A stretch of 64,000 nt of DNA. Source: a virus (taxonomy: Duplodnaviria > Caudoviricetes). Under the pieces are notes generated by a model, which saw only the letters and a program-made list of their open reading frames with translations, was not told where the DNA came from and did not search any database. Position 1 is the first letter of the stretch. Each line of letters begins with the position of its first letter. Below are positions 9,519-18,947 of the stretch, one piece after another. The stretch lies in the IMG/VR virus record IMGVR_UViG_3300050156_000143, positions 192,001-256,000 of that record; one strand, given 5' to 3'. The position numbers and the translations under genes were made by a program.

Positions 9519-10721
9519 ATGATCAAAACAAGCAAGCACGCGATCAAATTTGCAAATCCCGGTAAACAACTAAAGTTACAGGAATTCTTGCGTGTTTATA
9601 ATTTGGCACTCCAATTTTACATTGATTATTTCTGGGAAACGCGGATACAGTGGGGAAAGACGGTTATGGACATCAAGCGCAACAAACTAGATGTTCCACC
9701 GTTTATTAGTACCGCATTATTACCAAAACCGTATCCTGACCTTAGTGCTAGGGTAATCGGGATCATTGCGTCCGAAGCATTGGGCGTCATTAAGACACAA
9801 ACAGAACGCCGCAAAAAACAGCTTTATGTGTTGGCCACTAAAATGCGAGTTGGCGACGCCCAATCAATCAAACGGTTACAGTCCAGAATAGATTCGGCGA
9901 CGTTGATGAAACCAGACCGATCTGGCTGTGCGACTGCGACTCTGAATATCAACTGCTGTGAATTTGTGAAAACTGACACCCATTTTGATGGGTTTTTGAA
10001 GTTGAAGAGTATTGGCAAATCTTTTGGGACAATTTGTATCCCGGTTGTATTTACCAAGCACACCAATTCGTTGATTTCTAAAAACTACCGTCAAATGACG
10101 ACTTGGCGAGTATCGTCTGATTTTGTCGTGAGCACATGTTTATCTCTGTCAGACGGGCAGTCCACACAAAAATGTCCACACGGGCATGATTTGGCATCGA
10201 TTTTGGATAAAATGGCCCGCAAGAGGCGCGGCAGCTTGGCAGCCAAGCGGTGCCAGGATCATCGCAAGAATTACATCAACTACTCAATAAACCGACTTAA
10301 TTTACATAATGTATCAGAGCTGCGTTTGGAGAAATTGCGTCAAATGCGGGCTGGACACCGAACCAGTACGGCGTTAACTCACTGGACTTACACCCAAATA
10401 AATGCACAGATAACTAGCCGTTGCGCAGAGCTGGGTGTCCCAGTTATTGAACAATCGGCGACTTATCGTAGTCAACGGTGCAGTAGTTGTGGGTGGACAC
10501 AAAAATCCAACCGGAAGAGAAAGGAGTTTGTGTGTAAATCGTGTGGTCAAATACACGACGCAGATACAAATGGCGCTCTTAACCATGAAGCTGACATATA
10601 TCGGCTCCCGTTTGGTTTCTACAAATTTAAGCACAATATCAGAGGATTCTTTTGGACAGCTTCTGGCGTTTGCGACGAATTTGGTCGGGCACTTACAGTT
10701 CCCGACGTGCAAAATGAGTGA
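9519..10721 (+). mobile_element. tnpB: TnpB (IS200/IS605-family RNA-guided endonuclease), RuvC-I motif non-canonical, no TnpA nearby
   Basis: LRLEKL (RuvC-II), TYRSQRCSSCG...FVCKSCG zinc finger, DADTNGA (RuvC-III); start set at MIKTSKH. Confidence 0.88.
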
Positions 10722-10859
10722 GTCACGTAGCAACGAGGCGAACTTGAACTGTAGCTGTAGCATGTGCAATCTGATAATTCCCATGTAATCACATTGGGTT
10801 TACACGTTCATCGTGGTGCGTGATACGATAGGGACACATCACCAAATGGAGCTAAGATC

Positions 10860-11160
10860 ATGGAAATCATTGTTAAAAAAGTTAAGCTGTCTGTTTGGAT
10901 GATCAAACAATTTCAGCATGCAACTTTTGAACAACTGGAGACCGCCAAGGTATTGGGGTTTGTGTGCAACATCGTTAAGGGTGAGTATAAGGCCATGCTG
11001 TTGGAGCAAAATGGTCAGTATTTTCGTATAGAAATGCGATCCATTTAGCTTGCATTCCAGGACAACTACCAAAACGTTGTCCTCGACTACGCCAGCAATC
11101 GAGTGGTTACAGGCATATAATAGTGCCCGTGAAAAGTGTGTGGAACAATTGTTTGTTTAA
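10860..11160 (+). pseudogene. hypothetical protein with apparent +1 frameshift near 11032-11034
   Basis: frame 1 stops at 11048; the shifted frame continues CDPFSL...EWLQAYNSAREKCVEQLFV to 11160. Confidence 0.45.
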
Positions 11161-11180
11161 TTTTAGAAAGTGTGGATAAC

Positions 11181-11384
11181 ATCATGGAAAATACTATTTC
11201 GTTTATTTTTTGCGCGGCGATTGCAATGGAATGTGTTGTGGCTACGATTCAGCACAATAGCTCATCAAATACGCCAAAATTTGAACTATCGCCGACTTGC
11301 CTGCGTCGGGTGCAGTTGGCATCATATTTGTTGCTTGCTAAGTGGATTTTGACTTCAATTTTGGGTGTAATCGGTGCATTGTGA
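11181..11384 (+). CDS. small membrane protein
   Basis: two hydrophobic segments; 67 aa from ATG 11181. Confidence 0.45.
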   Translation: MMENTISFIFCAAIAMECVVATIQHNSSSNTPKFELSPTCLRRVQLASYLLLAKWILTSILGVIGAL

Positions 11385-11824
11385 GTATGCCGCTAATAGC
11401 AAATGACACAAAACATCCGTTTCGTTTGGTTCGAGTGTGGGTCGAGGAGATATTATCATGTTCAAAGTGCCCTTCGTTTATCGTAAGTGGCAATAGCGCG
11501 ATATGCGACGATGCCATGTTCGCCAAAATCACGGGCAGTAACACATTGAGCGAGAGCTTTGGTTCTAGCATTGACCTAAATTGTCCATTTAGAACGGATG
11601 TGAAAGAACAATTTTGCCAAAGTGAGTTCACTCGTTTACTCAACTTGATTTCCAATATTGAACTAACACCAGCCCAACAGCTTGACGTGAAATATTCCAA
11701 GTTTGGCAAGACCAATGACTGTACGGGTTTTTGGCAATGGGACAACGAAACCTTGCTCAACACATTCGATGACATCAAAAAACTAGAACGCTTTTATCAA
11801 CATCTAACCACGAAAGACTCCTAA
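11381..11824 (+). CDS. Cys-containing hypothetical protein, paralogue of 11826-12260
   Basis: CSKCP...CPFR...WQWD; GTGA overlap start. Confidence 0.65.
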   Translation: MSMPLIANDTKHPFRLVRVWVEEILSCSKCPSFIVSGNSAICDDAMFAKITGSNTLSESFGSSIDLNCPFRTDVKEQFCQSEFTRLLNLISNIELTPAQQLDVKYSKFGKTNDCTGFWQWDNETLLNTFDDIKKLERFYQHLTTKDS

Positions 11825-11825
11825 C

Positions 11826-12260
11826 ATGGCTTTCAAATTTGACCACAAGGTCGAGATCACTTCTTGTATGCGGTGCCCCAATCATTCAAACAGCACTCAA
11901 GAACACGATTGCGCCTTCACCTCTGCCCCATATCCATCTACTGACTATTGCAACCACGGTCTTTACCGCACCATGTATGGCACACGGATTCTCCATGAAA
12001 CCAACCTGTATTCAACGATTAGCGAAAAGTGCCCAGAACGCCCTGAAGTAATCGAGTACCACAATAAGCGCCAATTTATCAACACTGACCTGATTAAATT
12101 GACACCAACCATTCAGCAGCTCTCCAATGTCAAAATTGCAGCGTATGGTGAGCTGGATAGTAAAACCAAAGAGTGGCAATGGGATACAGCAAAGTTGATG
12201 CGCCATTTTAATTACTACGAGTTAGTCGATTTTTATAATTACGTATGTCGAAATGAATGA
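11826..12260 (+). CDS. Cys-containing hypothetical protein, paralogue of 11381-11824
   Basis: CMRCP...CPER...WQWD. Confidence 0.7.
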   Translation: MAFKFDHKVEITSCMRCPNHSNSTQEHDCAFTSAPYPSTDYCNHGLYRTMYGTRILHETNLYSTISEKCPERPEVIEYHNKRQFINTDLIKLTPTIQQLSNVKIAAYGELDSKTKEWQWDTAKLMRHFNYYELVDFYNYVCRNE

Positions 12261-12501
12261 ACACAAACGCCCCACTTCAAAGACCCCACAACTGGTTAGC
12301 ATTCGTGTCAACCCTCCAAAAAACGGTGATAAACTACTTGCTCTGAGCAAAGGTGGTAGACTGTTAGAGACAGTGTGGGGCCAAAATAGTCACCACACTT
12401 TCATCGCCACCATGCCTTACCCTGATTTGTCAGATGATCTGAAACACGAACTGTATCTGGCTTATCTCTCACCCCCCACTGTTACTCCACATATTTCCTG
12501 A
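12253..12501 (+). CDS. hypothetical protein
   Basis: 82-aa coupled ORF. Confidence 0.6.
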   Translation: MNEHKRPTSKTPQLVSIRVNPPKNGDKLLALSKGGRLLETVWGQNSHHTFIATMPYPDLSDDLKHELYLAYLSPPTVTPHIS

Positions 12502-12512
12502 AAGGAACGACC

Positions 12513-13100
12513 ATGCTGATTCCAACCGTTATCGAGCAATCTGGCAATTCTGAACGCGGTTTTGACATCTTTAGTCGCATGTTGCGCGACCGGGTAGTGT
12601 TTTGCAACGGGCAAGTAACACAAGAGCTTGCAAACGTTGTGGTGGCACAATTGCTCTACCTTGAGAGCGAAAGTTCAACCAAAGACGTTACGTTGGTTGT
12701 TGCTGGCCCAGGTGGCAGTATTGATGCTGGCATGCAAATTGTTGACACCATGAATTTCATTTCGTGTGATGTTTCGACCCATGCGATGGGTATGGTGGCG
12801 TCAATGAGTTCGTTTATCGCGGCGAGTGGTGCCAAAGGTAAGCGCTATATCATGCCTAATACGCGCCACATGATTCATCAGCCACTTGGCGGCGCAGAAG
12901 GTCAAGCCACCGATATCGCCATCACTGCGAAAGAAATTTTGCGCATTAAGGAAAACATGAACCGACTATACGCGCAATATACCAACCAACCTTATGACAC
13001 AATTTGTCAAGATACCGAGCGAGACTTTTATATGTCGGCCCAACAATCCGTGGAGTACGGCCTGGCTGACCAAATTATCAGCAAACGGGGCCAACAATGA
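12513..13100 (+). CDS. clpP: ATP-dependent Clp protease proteolytic subunit
   Basis: LIPTVIEQ...FDIFSRMLRDRVVF...GPGGS...VASMSS (Ser)...MIHQP (His)...TERDFYM (Asp). Confidence 0.97.
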   Translation: MLIPTVIEQSGNSERGFDIFSRMLRDRVVFCNGQVTQELANVVVAQLLYLESESSTKDVTLVVAGPGGSIDAGMQIVDTMNFISCDVSTHAMGMVASMSSFIAASGAKGKRYIMPNTRHMIHQPLGGAEGQATDIAITAKEILRIKENMNRLYAQYTNQPYDTICQDTERDFYMSAQQSVEYGLADQIISKRGQQ

Positions 13101-13225
13101 AAACCATGATCGCAATTGTGTGTATCACGTTGTCAGCATGTGCAACCCATCGCGCTGATGATGTTTCGGTACAGTGCAACAAATTTCACACGCAGTATGA
13201 CTGCTATCGCGCCATTAACAAATGA
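13097..13225 (+). CDS. small lipoprotein
   Basis: 42 aa, MKTMIAIVCITLSAC lipobox; ATGA-coupled at both ends. Confidence 0.6.
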   Translation: MKTMIAIVCITLSACATHRADDVSVQCNKFHTQYDCYRAINK

Positions 13226-13947
13226 AAACCATGCTCAAAACTACCAAAGACGTTGAACAAGAGATTGGTAAAGTTAAACTTGCTTTGACCAAAACTCTGC
13301 AAACGGAAAAACTACCTGACTTCAAAATTGAGGTCAAAATGGCGGCAGACGTAAGCGGCAGTTTTGCTGATGAGTATGCCAACAAATTGGTTGATCCGTT
13401 TTTTGACGCTGCTATTAGCATCGCTCAAGTTGTTGACCCCGACAAATTGGTTCAAATTGTTGCGTTTAGTAGCGAGGCATTTGATACCGGCGATTATGGC
13501 GTAGATGATGCGAAGGACGTGAAAACAGAATTTTTGCGACGGGTTCCCGCCAGTATGTTATGGCGTGGCACAAACTATGGGCGTGCGTTAGAGGCCTTCA
13601 ACGTTGATGCCCCAAAGTCCACAGGTTTGTTCAGCGGGTTGTTTGGTGCCAAGAAAACTGTCGTCAATTCGCCGACGATTTTGCTGTTCTTGACTGACGG
13701 CGAAGATGGTGGAAACGAGGCAACTTTTTTGCGCAATTTGTCTCTCATGGTGGCCAGCAATTACTTCATTGTGCTAATCGGTGCCAACAATGATTCCCGC
13801 CAAGATTTCGCCACCTTGGTCAAAGCTGATGAACAAATTGAGGGCGTATCGTTTCACAAATTGTCAGATTTGAAGTCACTGTCCACCGACAAACTGTACC
13901 AACAGATTTTTAACCAGGAGTTCACTAAATGGTTCACCAAGAACTGA
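13222..13947 (+). CDS. vWA domain protein (Ter-cluster associated)
   Basis: MIDAS DVSGSF, GTNY, LFLTDGE. Confidence 0.88.
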   Translation: MKTMLKTTKDVEQEIGKVKLALTKTLQTEKLPDFKIEVKMAADVSGSFADEYANKLVDPFFDAAISIAQVVDPDKLVQIVAFSSEAFDTGDYGVDDAKDVKTEFLRRVPASMLWRGTNYGRALEAFNVDAPKSTGLFSGLFGAKKTVVNSPTILLFLTDGEDGGNEATFLRNLSLMVASNYFIVLIGANNDSRQDFATLVKADEQIEGVSFHKLSDLKSLSTDKLYQQIFNQEFTKWFTKN

Positions 13948-14150
13948 AATCAATTGCGGACTATATTGCTGAACAAATTCTGGCCAATGGTGGCGAAGAA
14001 GGTGTCCACTGGCGTAATGCCCTAGTGAAAATCATGGCGGACAAATTGGGGATATCGACTGAACATGTTGACCAAACCTTAGACGACCAGATTGACGGAG
14101 CGTTGGCTATCAATCTTGGGTTGATGGAGGAAAATACTGATGGAATGTGA
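13929..14150 (+). CDS. hypothetical protein
   Basis: 73-aa ORF within operon; start uncertain. Confidence 0.55.
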   Translation: MVHQELKSIADYIAEQILANGGEEGVHWRNALVKIMADKLGISTEHVDQTLDDQIDGALAINLGLMEENTDGM

Positions 14151-14358
14151 CCGCATTGAAGTGGAATCGATGGCAGCTTTTTCTCAGTATAACTGTGGAT
14201 CGTATCCTGGTTTATGGAGTGGACGACTGGTAAAAACCACGATCAATGGCGTTCGATATTTAGTAACTATGCCAATATATTGCAAGGGAGTAAATGTCCC
14301 AGTGACCGTTACGTGTAACGATGGTGTCTATGTTGTTGTGAATAAGGAATCACTATGA
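14140..14358 (+). CDS. hypothetical protein
   Basis: 72-aa ORF with GGAGG SD, coupled to next gene. Confidence 0.6.
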   Translation: MECDRIEVESMAAFSQYNCGSYPGLWSGRLVKTTINGVRYLVTMPIYCKGVNVPVTVTCNDGVYVVVNKESL

Positions 14359-15368
14359 AAAGCAATTTGGATTATTTTAAGGGCAGCATCGCATTTGCCG
14401 TGCTCACCCTAATTTTGGTGGCGTCATACGGCGCATCTATTAGTTTGGCAGCAGCCGTGAGCTTCACGGTGTCTGCCATGATTTTGGCCATTTTGGAGAC
14501 CACAGTGTCTCTAGATAACGCCATTTTGAACGCCACGGTGTTGAAACACATGAGCGCATTTTGGCGAAAAATGTTCCTCACCGTGGGCATATTCATCGCG
14601 GTATTTGCTGTGCGAATGGTGTTGCCCATCATGATTGTCAAATTCACTGGCAATGTGACTTTCATGGATGCGATCACAATTCCATTCAATGATCCGGCGC
14701 GATATGCGCAAATCATGCACGATGCTCACATTTCTATTCTTGGGTTTGGTGCGACATTTTTGTTGATGGTAGTGGCGACTTATTTCTTCAACATTGACAA
14801 ATCCCACCACTGGATTCACCACGTTGAATCGAAGTTGACACAACTCCCAGTTACGCCAGTGGTGTTGATGGTAGTGGTGGTGATTGGGTATTTTGTCGAG
14901 TTGGACAAACTTGGTGCATATTTTATCAGTTCAGCAATTGGTTACGGTGTATACCAAACTATGCACCTTATCAAGGCATGGCTGGGGGGCAAAGACTTGT
15001 CCACCGCTGTTGCAAAAAATGGCCTAATCGGGTTCGCATACCTTGAACTGTTAGACGCTAGTTTCAGCCTTGACGGCGTGGTGGCAGCGTTTGCAATCAC
15101 CAATATGTTCATCATCATTGCAGCGGGCCTTGGAATTGGGGCTATGTTTGTGCGATCAATGACTGTGTATTTGGTGGACAAAGAAACGCTGGAACAGTAT
15201 GAATTCCTGGAGCATGCGGCATATTGGGCCATTGCGGCGTTGGTTGTGATCATGTATCTGGGTATTTTGCACATCGAAGTGGGCGAAATTGTTGCAGGGT
15301 TAACCTCCGCAGCAATTATCGCTGCTGGGGTGTGGTCATCTATTCGCAAAAACCGTATTTCAAACTGA
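14355..15368 (+). CDS. TerC-like integral membrane protein (DUF475)
   Basis: LETTVSLDNAILNA...YLELLDASFSLDGVVAAFA...GLGIGAMFVRSMT...LEHAAYWAI. Confidence 0.9.
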   Translation: MKSNLDYFKGSIAFAVLTLILVASYGASISLAAAVSFTVSAMILAILETTVSLDNAILNATVLKHMSAFWRKMFLTVGIFIAVFAVRMVLPIMIVKFTGNVTFMDAITIPFNDPARYAQIMHDAHISILGFGATFLLMVVATYFFNIDKSHHWIHHVESKLTQLPVTPVVLMVVVVIGYFVELDKLGAYFISSAIGYGVYQTMHLIKAWLGGKDLSTAVAKNGLIGFAYLELLDASFSLDGVVAAFAITNMFIIIAAGLGIGAMFVRSMTVYLVDKETLEQYEFLEHAAYWAIAALVVIMYLGILHIEVGEIVAGLTSAAIIAAGVWSSIRKNRISN

Positions 15369-15378
15369 AAGGAATATC

Positions 15379-15978
15379 ATGTTAAAAATCACAAAAGATC
15401 AAAAACTACCATTGGTGAAAGGTGGCGCTAAATTGACCAAAATTCGGTTGGAACTATCTTGGAGTCCACCGACTATCAATACGACCGGATACGCCTATGA
15501 TTTTGATATCAGCGCCTTATTGACCGACTCCTCAAAAACTGGGAATTGCGACATGGGCGTGAGCATTGGCAATCAATGGATATGTTACTGGGGACAACAA
15601 AATACCCCATACGCAAACCATATCAAGGGCGATAACCGCAATGGTGTTGGTGTTGGTGCTGATGAAATTGTGGAAATCGATTTCGCACAAATTCCGCAAA
15701 ATGCTGACCGAGTGCCATGTGTTATCACTATTGACAAAGCGATTGCTCAAAACCAATGCTTCGATCATTGTGGTGATGCGACCGCTGTGGTGTTTGATTC
15801 AGCGTCGAATACCCCAATTGCCACCATTGTGTTGAGCAAGTTGGACAAAGGTTCCACCAGCGCCTTGTTGGGGTGTTTCAAACGAGACAGCGGTGGCTGG
15901 ACATTTGAGAACGCATCGACTGGATTTGTGGATAAGGAATTGGTTGACTTTTTTATGTTGTTTGGATGTGAACTATGA
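15379..15978 (+). CDS. TerD/TerZ family protein
   Basis: LELSW...YDFDISA...GDNRNG...DEIVEIDF...GCFKRDSGGWTF. Confidence 0.88.
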   Translation: MLKITKDQKLPLVKGGAKLTKIRLELSWSPPTINTTGYAYDFDISALLTDSSKTGNCDMGVSIGNQWICYWGQQNTPYANHIKGDNRNGVGVGADEIVEIDFAQIPQNADRVPCVITIDKAIAQNQCFDHCGDATAVVFDSASNTPIATIVLSKLDKGSTSALLGCFKRDSGGWTFENASTGFVDKELVDFFMLFGCEL

Positions 15979-16532
15979 ACTTGTATCTAGACTGTGAATT
16001 CAACGAGTTCAAGGGTGAACTCATATCGATGGCGCTAGTGTCAAATTCTGGACATGAATGGTACGAAGTGTTGGAATGCAACCGTCCGAAACCTTGGGTC
16101 AAACAGCATGTCATTCCAGTGCTGAATAAGGATGCAGTCACGATTGACAAATTTCAACAAAGTTTGCGGAACTTTCTGGGTCAATTTTCTACCATTCATG
16201 TGGTCGCAGACTGGCCAGAAGATATTGCTCATTTTTGCAACGCCTTGATTACTGGCCCTGGTGAACGAATGAATACCCCGCCGTTAACTATGGAAGTCAA
16301 GCGGGTAGATTGTGCCAGCAAAATCCCTCATAATGCGCTAAGTGATGCTCGTGGCATCCGTGATGAGTTATGTAAGCCAACCGAATTGACCAAACAATAT
16401 GACACCGGAAACGGTTGGCCAGTCAGAGTTGTGGCCGATTTGTCGGGATACACCTTGCATTTTGCTGACCACACATCATCGACAAAAGAGCATAATGCAA
16501 CGATGGACGAGAGGGGGTTGCTGAAATTATGA
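15975..16532 (+). CDS. DEDD-family 3'-5' exonuclease
   Basis: LYLDCEF...ELISMALV...ADWPEDI...HNALSDA. Confidence 0.85.
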   Translation: MNLYLDCEFNEFKGELISMALVSNSGHEWYEVLECNRPKPWVKQHVIPVLNKDAVTIDKFQQSLRNFLGQFSTIHVVADWPEDIAHFCNALITGPGERMNTPPLTMEVKRVDCASKIPHNALSDARGIRDELCKPTELTKQYDTGNGWPVRVVADLSGYTLHFADHTSSTKEHNATMDERGLLKL

Positions 16533-16643
16533 GCATCTTTCCGGGTGCTGTGGAGTTCAAGCGCAAAAAGCGTTAACCCCACTCGTTGGTCAGGAATTGA
16601 CAATGACTTCTGACGGTGTGCTATGATGAACACCATCAACACG

Positions 16644-16649
16644 TAAATA
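16644..16649 (+). promoter_or_regulatory. putative late promoter TAAATA, 4 nt before ATG 16654
   Basis: same motif and spacing at 8 starts in the window; resembles T4 late promoter TATAAATA. Confidence 0.7.
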
Positions 16650-16653
16650 CATC

Positions 16654-16839
16654 ATGAAAACTTCAGAAGTCACCCAACCCTCTCTCAAAATTTTGGCCGA
16701 AACCTTTGATCAAACTCAGTCTGGATTCTTGACGGAAGACCTGATCAATGTCACTCAAGTGGTGAAATGGTCTGCACCAATGTCTAGCGACGATTTGGAT
16801 TGCTTTTTGCAACAATGTGGGGTCAATCTTGAAGGTTGA
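16654..16839 (+). CDS. small acidic protein upstream of RelE-like gene (possible antitoxin or head-targeted peptide)
   Basis: 61 aa, MKTSEV N-terminus, overlaps the next ORF. Confidence 0.65.
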   Translation: MKTSEVTQPSLKILAETFDQTQSGFLTEDLINVTQVVKWSAPMSSDDLDCFLQQCGVNLEG

Positions 16840-17170
16840 ATTCCAAGTTTGTGACCTGTTTGTAAAAACGCTGAAAGCAAACCCGCAAGTTGTAAAAACG
16901 TTTATGCAATTCAAGGCGGCAAAAGCAACAAATCCTACCGCAGCATTTGGATCAAGTGATTACCCTTTCAGGCATTCTTTTCTGAAGGGGTATATTCACG
17001 CCAAATTGACATTCGATGTGTCTATCATATACAGCATTTCCGGCGGTGATTCAAAGGTGATAAAACTTTATGGGATTTTTAGCCACGATGATTCTGGAAC
17101 GGGTCAACCGCCTAATCTCAATCGTCAACAATCCCTTGGTAAAAAACTTGGAAATCAGCAGTTCACATGA
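16817..17170 (+). CDS. RelE/YafQ-like mRNA interferase
   Basis: DYPF.HSFLKGYIHAKLTFDVSIIYSI...KLYGIFSH resembles YafQ/RelE core; start GTG 16817 or TTG 16829. Confidence 0.65.
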   Translation: MGSILKVEFQVCDLFVKTLKANPQVVKTFMQFKAAKATNPTAAFGSSDYPFRHSFLKGYIHAKLTFDVSIIYSISGGDSKVIKLYGIFSHDDSGTGQPPNLNRQQSLGKKLGNQQFT

Positions 17171-17721
17171 TGCAATATGCAGCCCTACGCAATTTACGAA
17201 AAACCAATATGGTGAACGATGGCACTCGAACGCTGTCTGAATCGATTGTTGTGTGGGAAGTCGGCGTGGCTTTTGATGATTTTGTGAAAGCCACCAAGGA
17301 TGAACATTTCGTATTGATCGGTGGGTTGGCGTTGAGCTTTTACGTTAAACCGAGAACGACCACCGATGTTGATGTCTTGTTTTTATCGGACGGTGATATT
17401 CCAGCGTCATTGGATAAATTTAACCACCACAGTGGTGCGTTTGAGCATAAGATGACTGGTGTTGAGGTTGAAGTTCTATCTCCAACGGCAATCAATCTGC
17501 CTCAACACATTGCAGAACACATTTTTGCAACTGCGCGAAAAGTTGACGGAGTTAAAATTGCCTCACCTGCTGGCCTAGTGGTGTCAAAACTCGGGCGCTT
17601 CAATCGGCAAGATCAAGCAGACATTGAATCACTGTTGAAATATGAGAAGTTCAACATTGACGAATATCATGTGCCCCCATTGTGGGAAGAACGGTTTCGG
17701 TCAATTGAGGCAACATTATGA
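17167..17721 (+). CDS. nucleotidyltransferase, AbiEii/MenT-like (DUF6036-type)
   Basis: VLIGGLALSFYVKPRTTTDVDVLF...SKLGRFNRQDQADI. Confidence 0.8.
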   Translation: MMQYAALRNLRKTNMVNDGTRTLSESIVVWEVGVAFDDFVKATKDEHFVLIGGLALSFYVKPRTTTDVDVLFLSDGDIPASLDKFNHHSGAFEHKMTGVEVEVLSPTAINLPQHIAEHIFATARKVDGVKIASPAGLVVSKLGRFNRQDQADIESLLKYEKFNIDEYHVPPLWEERFRSIEATL

Positions 17722-18146
17722 GCAATTTGATGGAATCTGCCAGGTCATTGATGTTACTGGCTCACAAGGGCCAACGGGATCGGGGCGGAAAACCGTATCA
17801 CCTTCATCCCGAACATGTTGCGAATAGCTTATGCACTGATGATGAAGAATTGTTTTGTATCGCATTACTGCACGATGCCAAAGAAGATGGTGGGATCACT
17901 GATGAAATGATGTCAGCTCACGGTATGACTCCCCGTGTGGTGGCCGGGGTAAACGCATTGACTAAAATCCCCGGACAGTCGTTGGAAGAATATAAAACCA
18001 CTGTGATGAGTAATGCCGATGCGACCATAGTTAAACGCGCCGACTTGACGCACAACATGGATTTGACCAGACTGAAAAAAATTACCCAAAAAGATATTGA
18101 CAGAAATGTGCAGTATCAAAGTTTCTTAAACCAGCTCAACCAATAG
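17718..18146 (+). CDS. stand-alone HD-domain (p)ppGpp hydrolase-like (SAH/Mesh1 family)
   Basis: AHKGQRDRGGKPYHLHP...ALLHDAKED...VKRADLTHN. Confidence 0.88.
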   Translation: MSNLMESARSLMLLAHKGQRDRGGKPYHLHPEHVANSLCTDDEELFCIALLHDAKEDGGITDEMMSAHGMTPRVVAGVNALTKIPGQSLEEYKTTVMSNADATIVKRADLTHNMDLTRLKKITQKDIDRNVQYQSFLNQLNQ

Positions 18147-18156
18147 GAGAGCAATT

Positions 18157-18921
18157 GTGGACTATGCTGATCGCTTAAAATCACTCGATCTTAAATACAA
18201 AATTGGTATCGGGGTCGCCCTCATCGTGCTGGCACCAGCACTTATCCTGTTATTGAAGTCGTTGATTGCCACCATCGCCATTGGTGCAGTGTGTCTAGCA
18301 ACGATCAATTTTGCACCAGTTTTCTCGCAGAAACTGGCAAATTGGAAGTTGGCGGCAACCATTGATGAAGCGCGTAAACGTCCAATCATCGATGCGACCA
18401 GCGTGTTGGATAAAAAGCAACGCGAATTCGATGAATCGGTCATCAAGGTAAAAGCCGCAACGGGCGCACGTGATACTTTTATCGAAAAATGTCGTGAATT
18501 CTCCAAACAATACCCCCACCGGGCAGATGAGTTTCACAAACGTGCGGAACAATTTGCAATTCGGGTGGAGAAGCTGAAAGTTAAATTGGCTGAGTTCAAA
18601 GTCACCATTGACAATGGTCGCAAGGTGGTGCAGGAAATGAGCGCCTATTATGAAATGACCAAGGCACTGGATGCAGCGAATGCCGCTATCAATATGGGTG
18701 AAATGAACTCAAGCGACCAGATTCGTCTGGATACTGCTTGGAACAGTGTGTTGCAACAAATGAATAGCTCGTTTGCTGATTTGGAGATTGCGGAGGCTCT
18801 GGCAAAAGACCCGGAAGCACCACTTCCAGCTCAACCTACGTCACCAAAGATGCCGCAACTTGAACAGCCACAGGTGAACCCTGCTGCCGGACTGTTTGCC
18901 AAAATGAAACAATCTCGGTAA
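18157..18921 (+). CDS. membrane-anchored coiled-coil protein (PspA/IM30-like)
   Basis: two N-terminal TM helices then ~180-aa helical coiled coil; AGGAG SD. Confidence 0.6.
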   Translation: MDYADRLKSLDLKYKIGIGVALIVLAPALILLLKSLIATIAIGAVCLATINFAPVFSQKLANWKLAATIDEARKRPIIDATSVLDKKQREFDESVIKVKAATGARDTFIEKCREFSKQYPHRADEFHKRAEQFAIRVEKLKVKLAEFKVTIDNGRKVVQEMSAYYEMTKALDAANAAINMGEMNSSDQIRLDTAWNSVLQQMNSSFADLEIAEALAKDPEAPLPAQPTSPKMPQLEQPQVNPAAGLFAKMKQSR

Positions 18922-18947
18922 AACAGTCGGGTATAGCTTGAGCGTCG

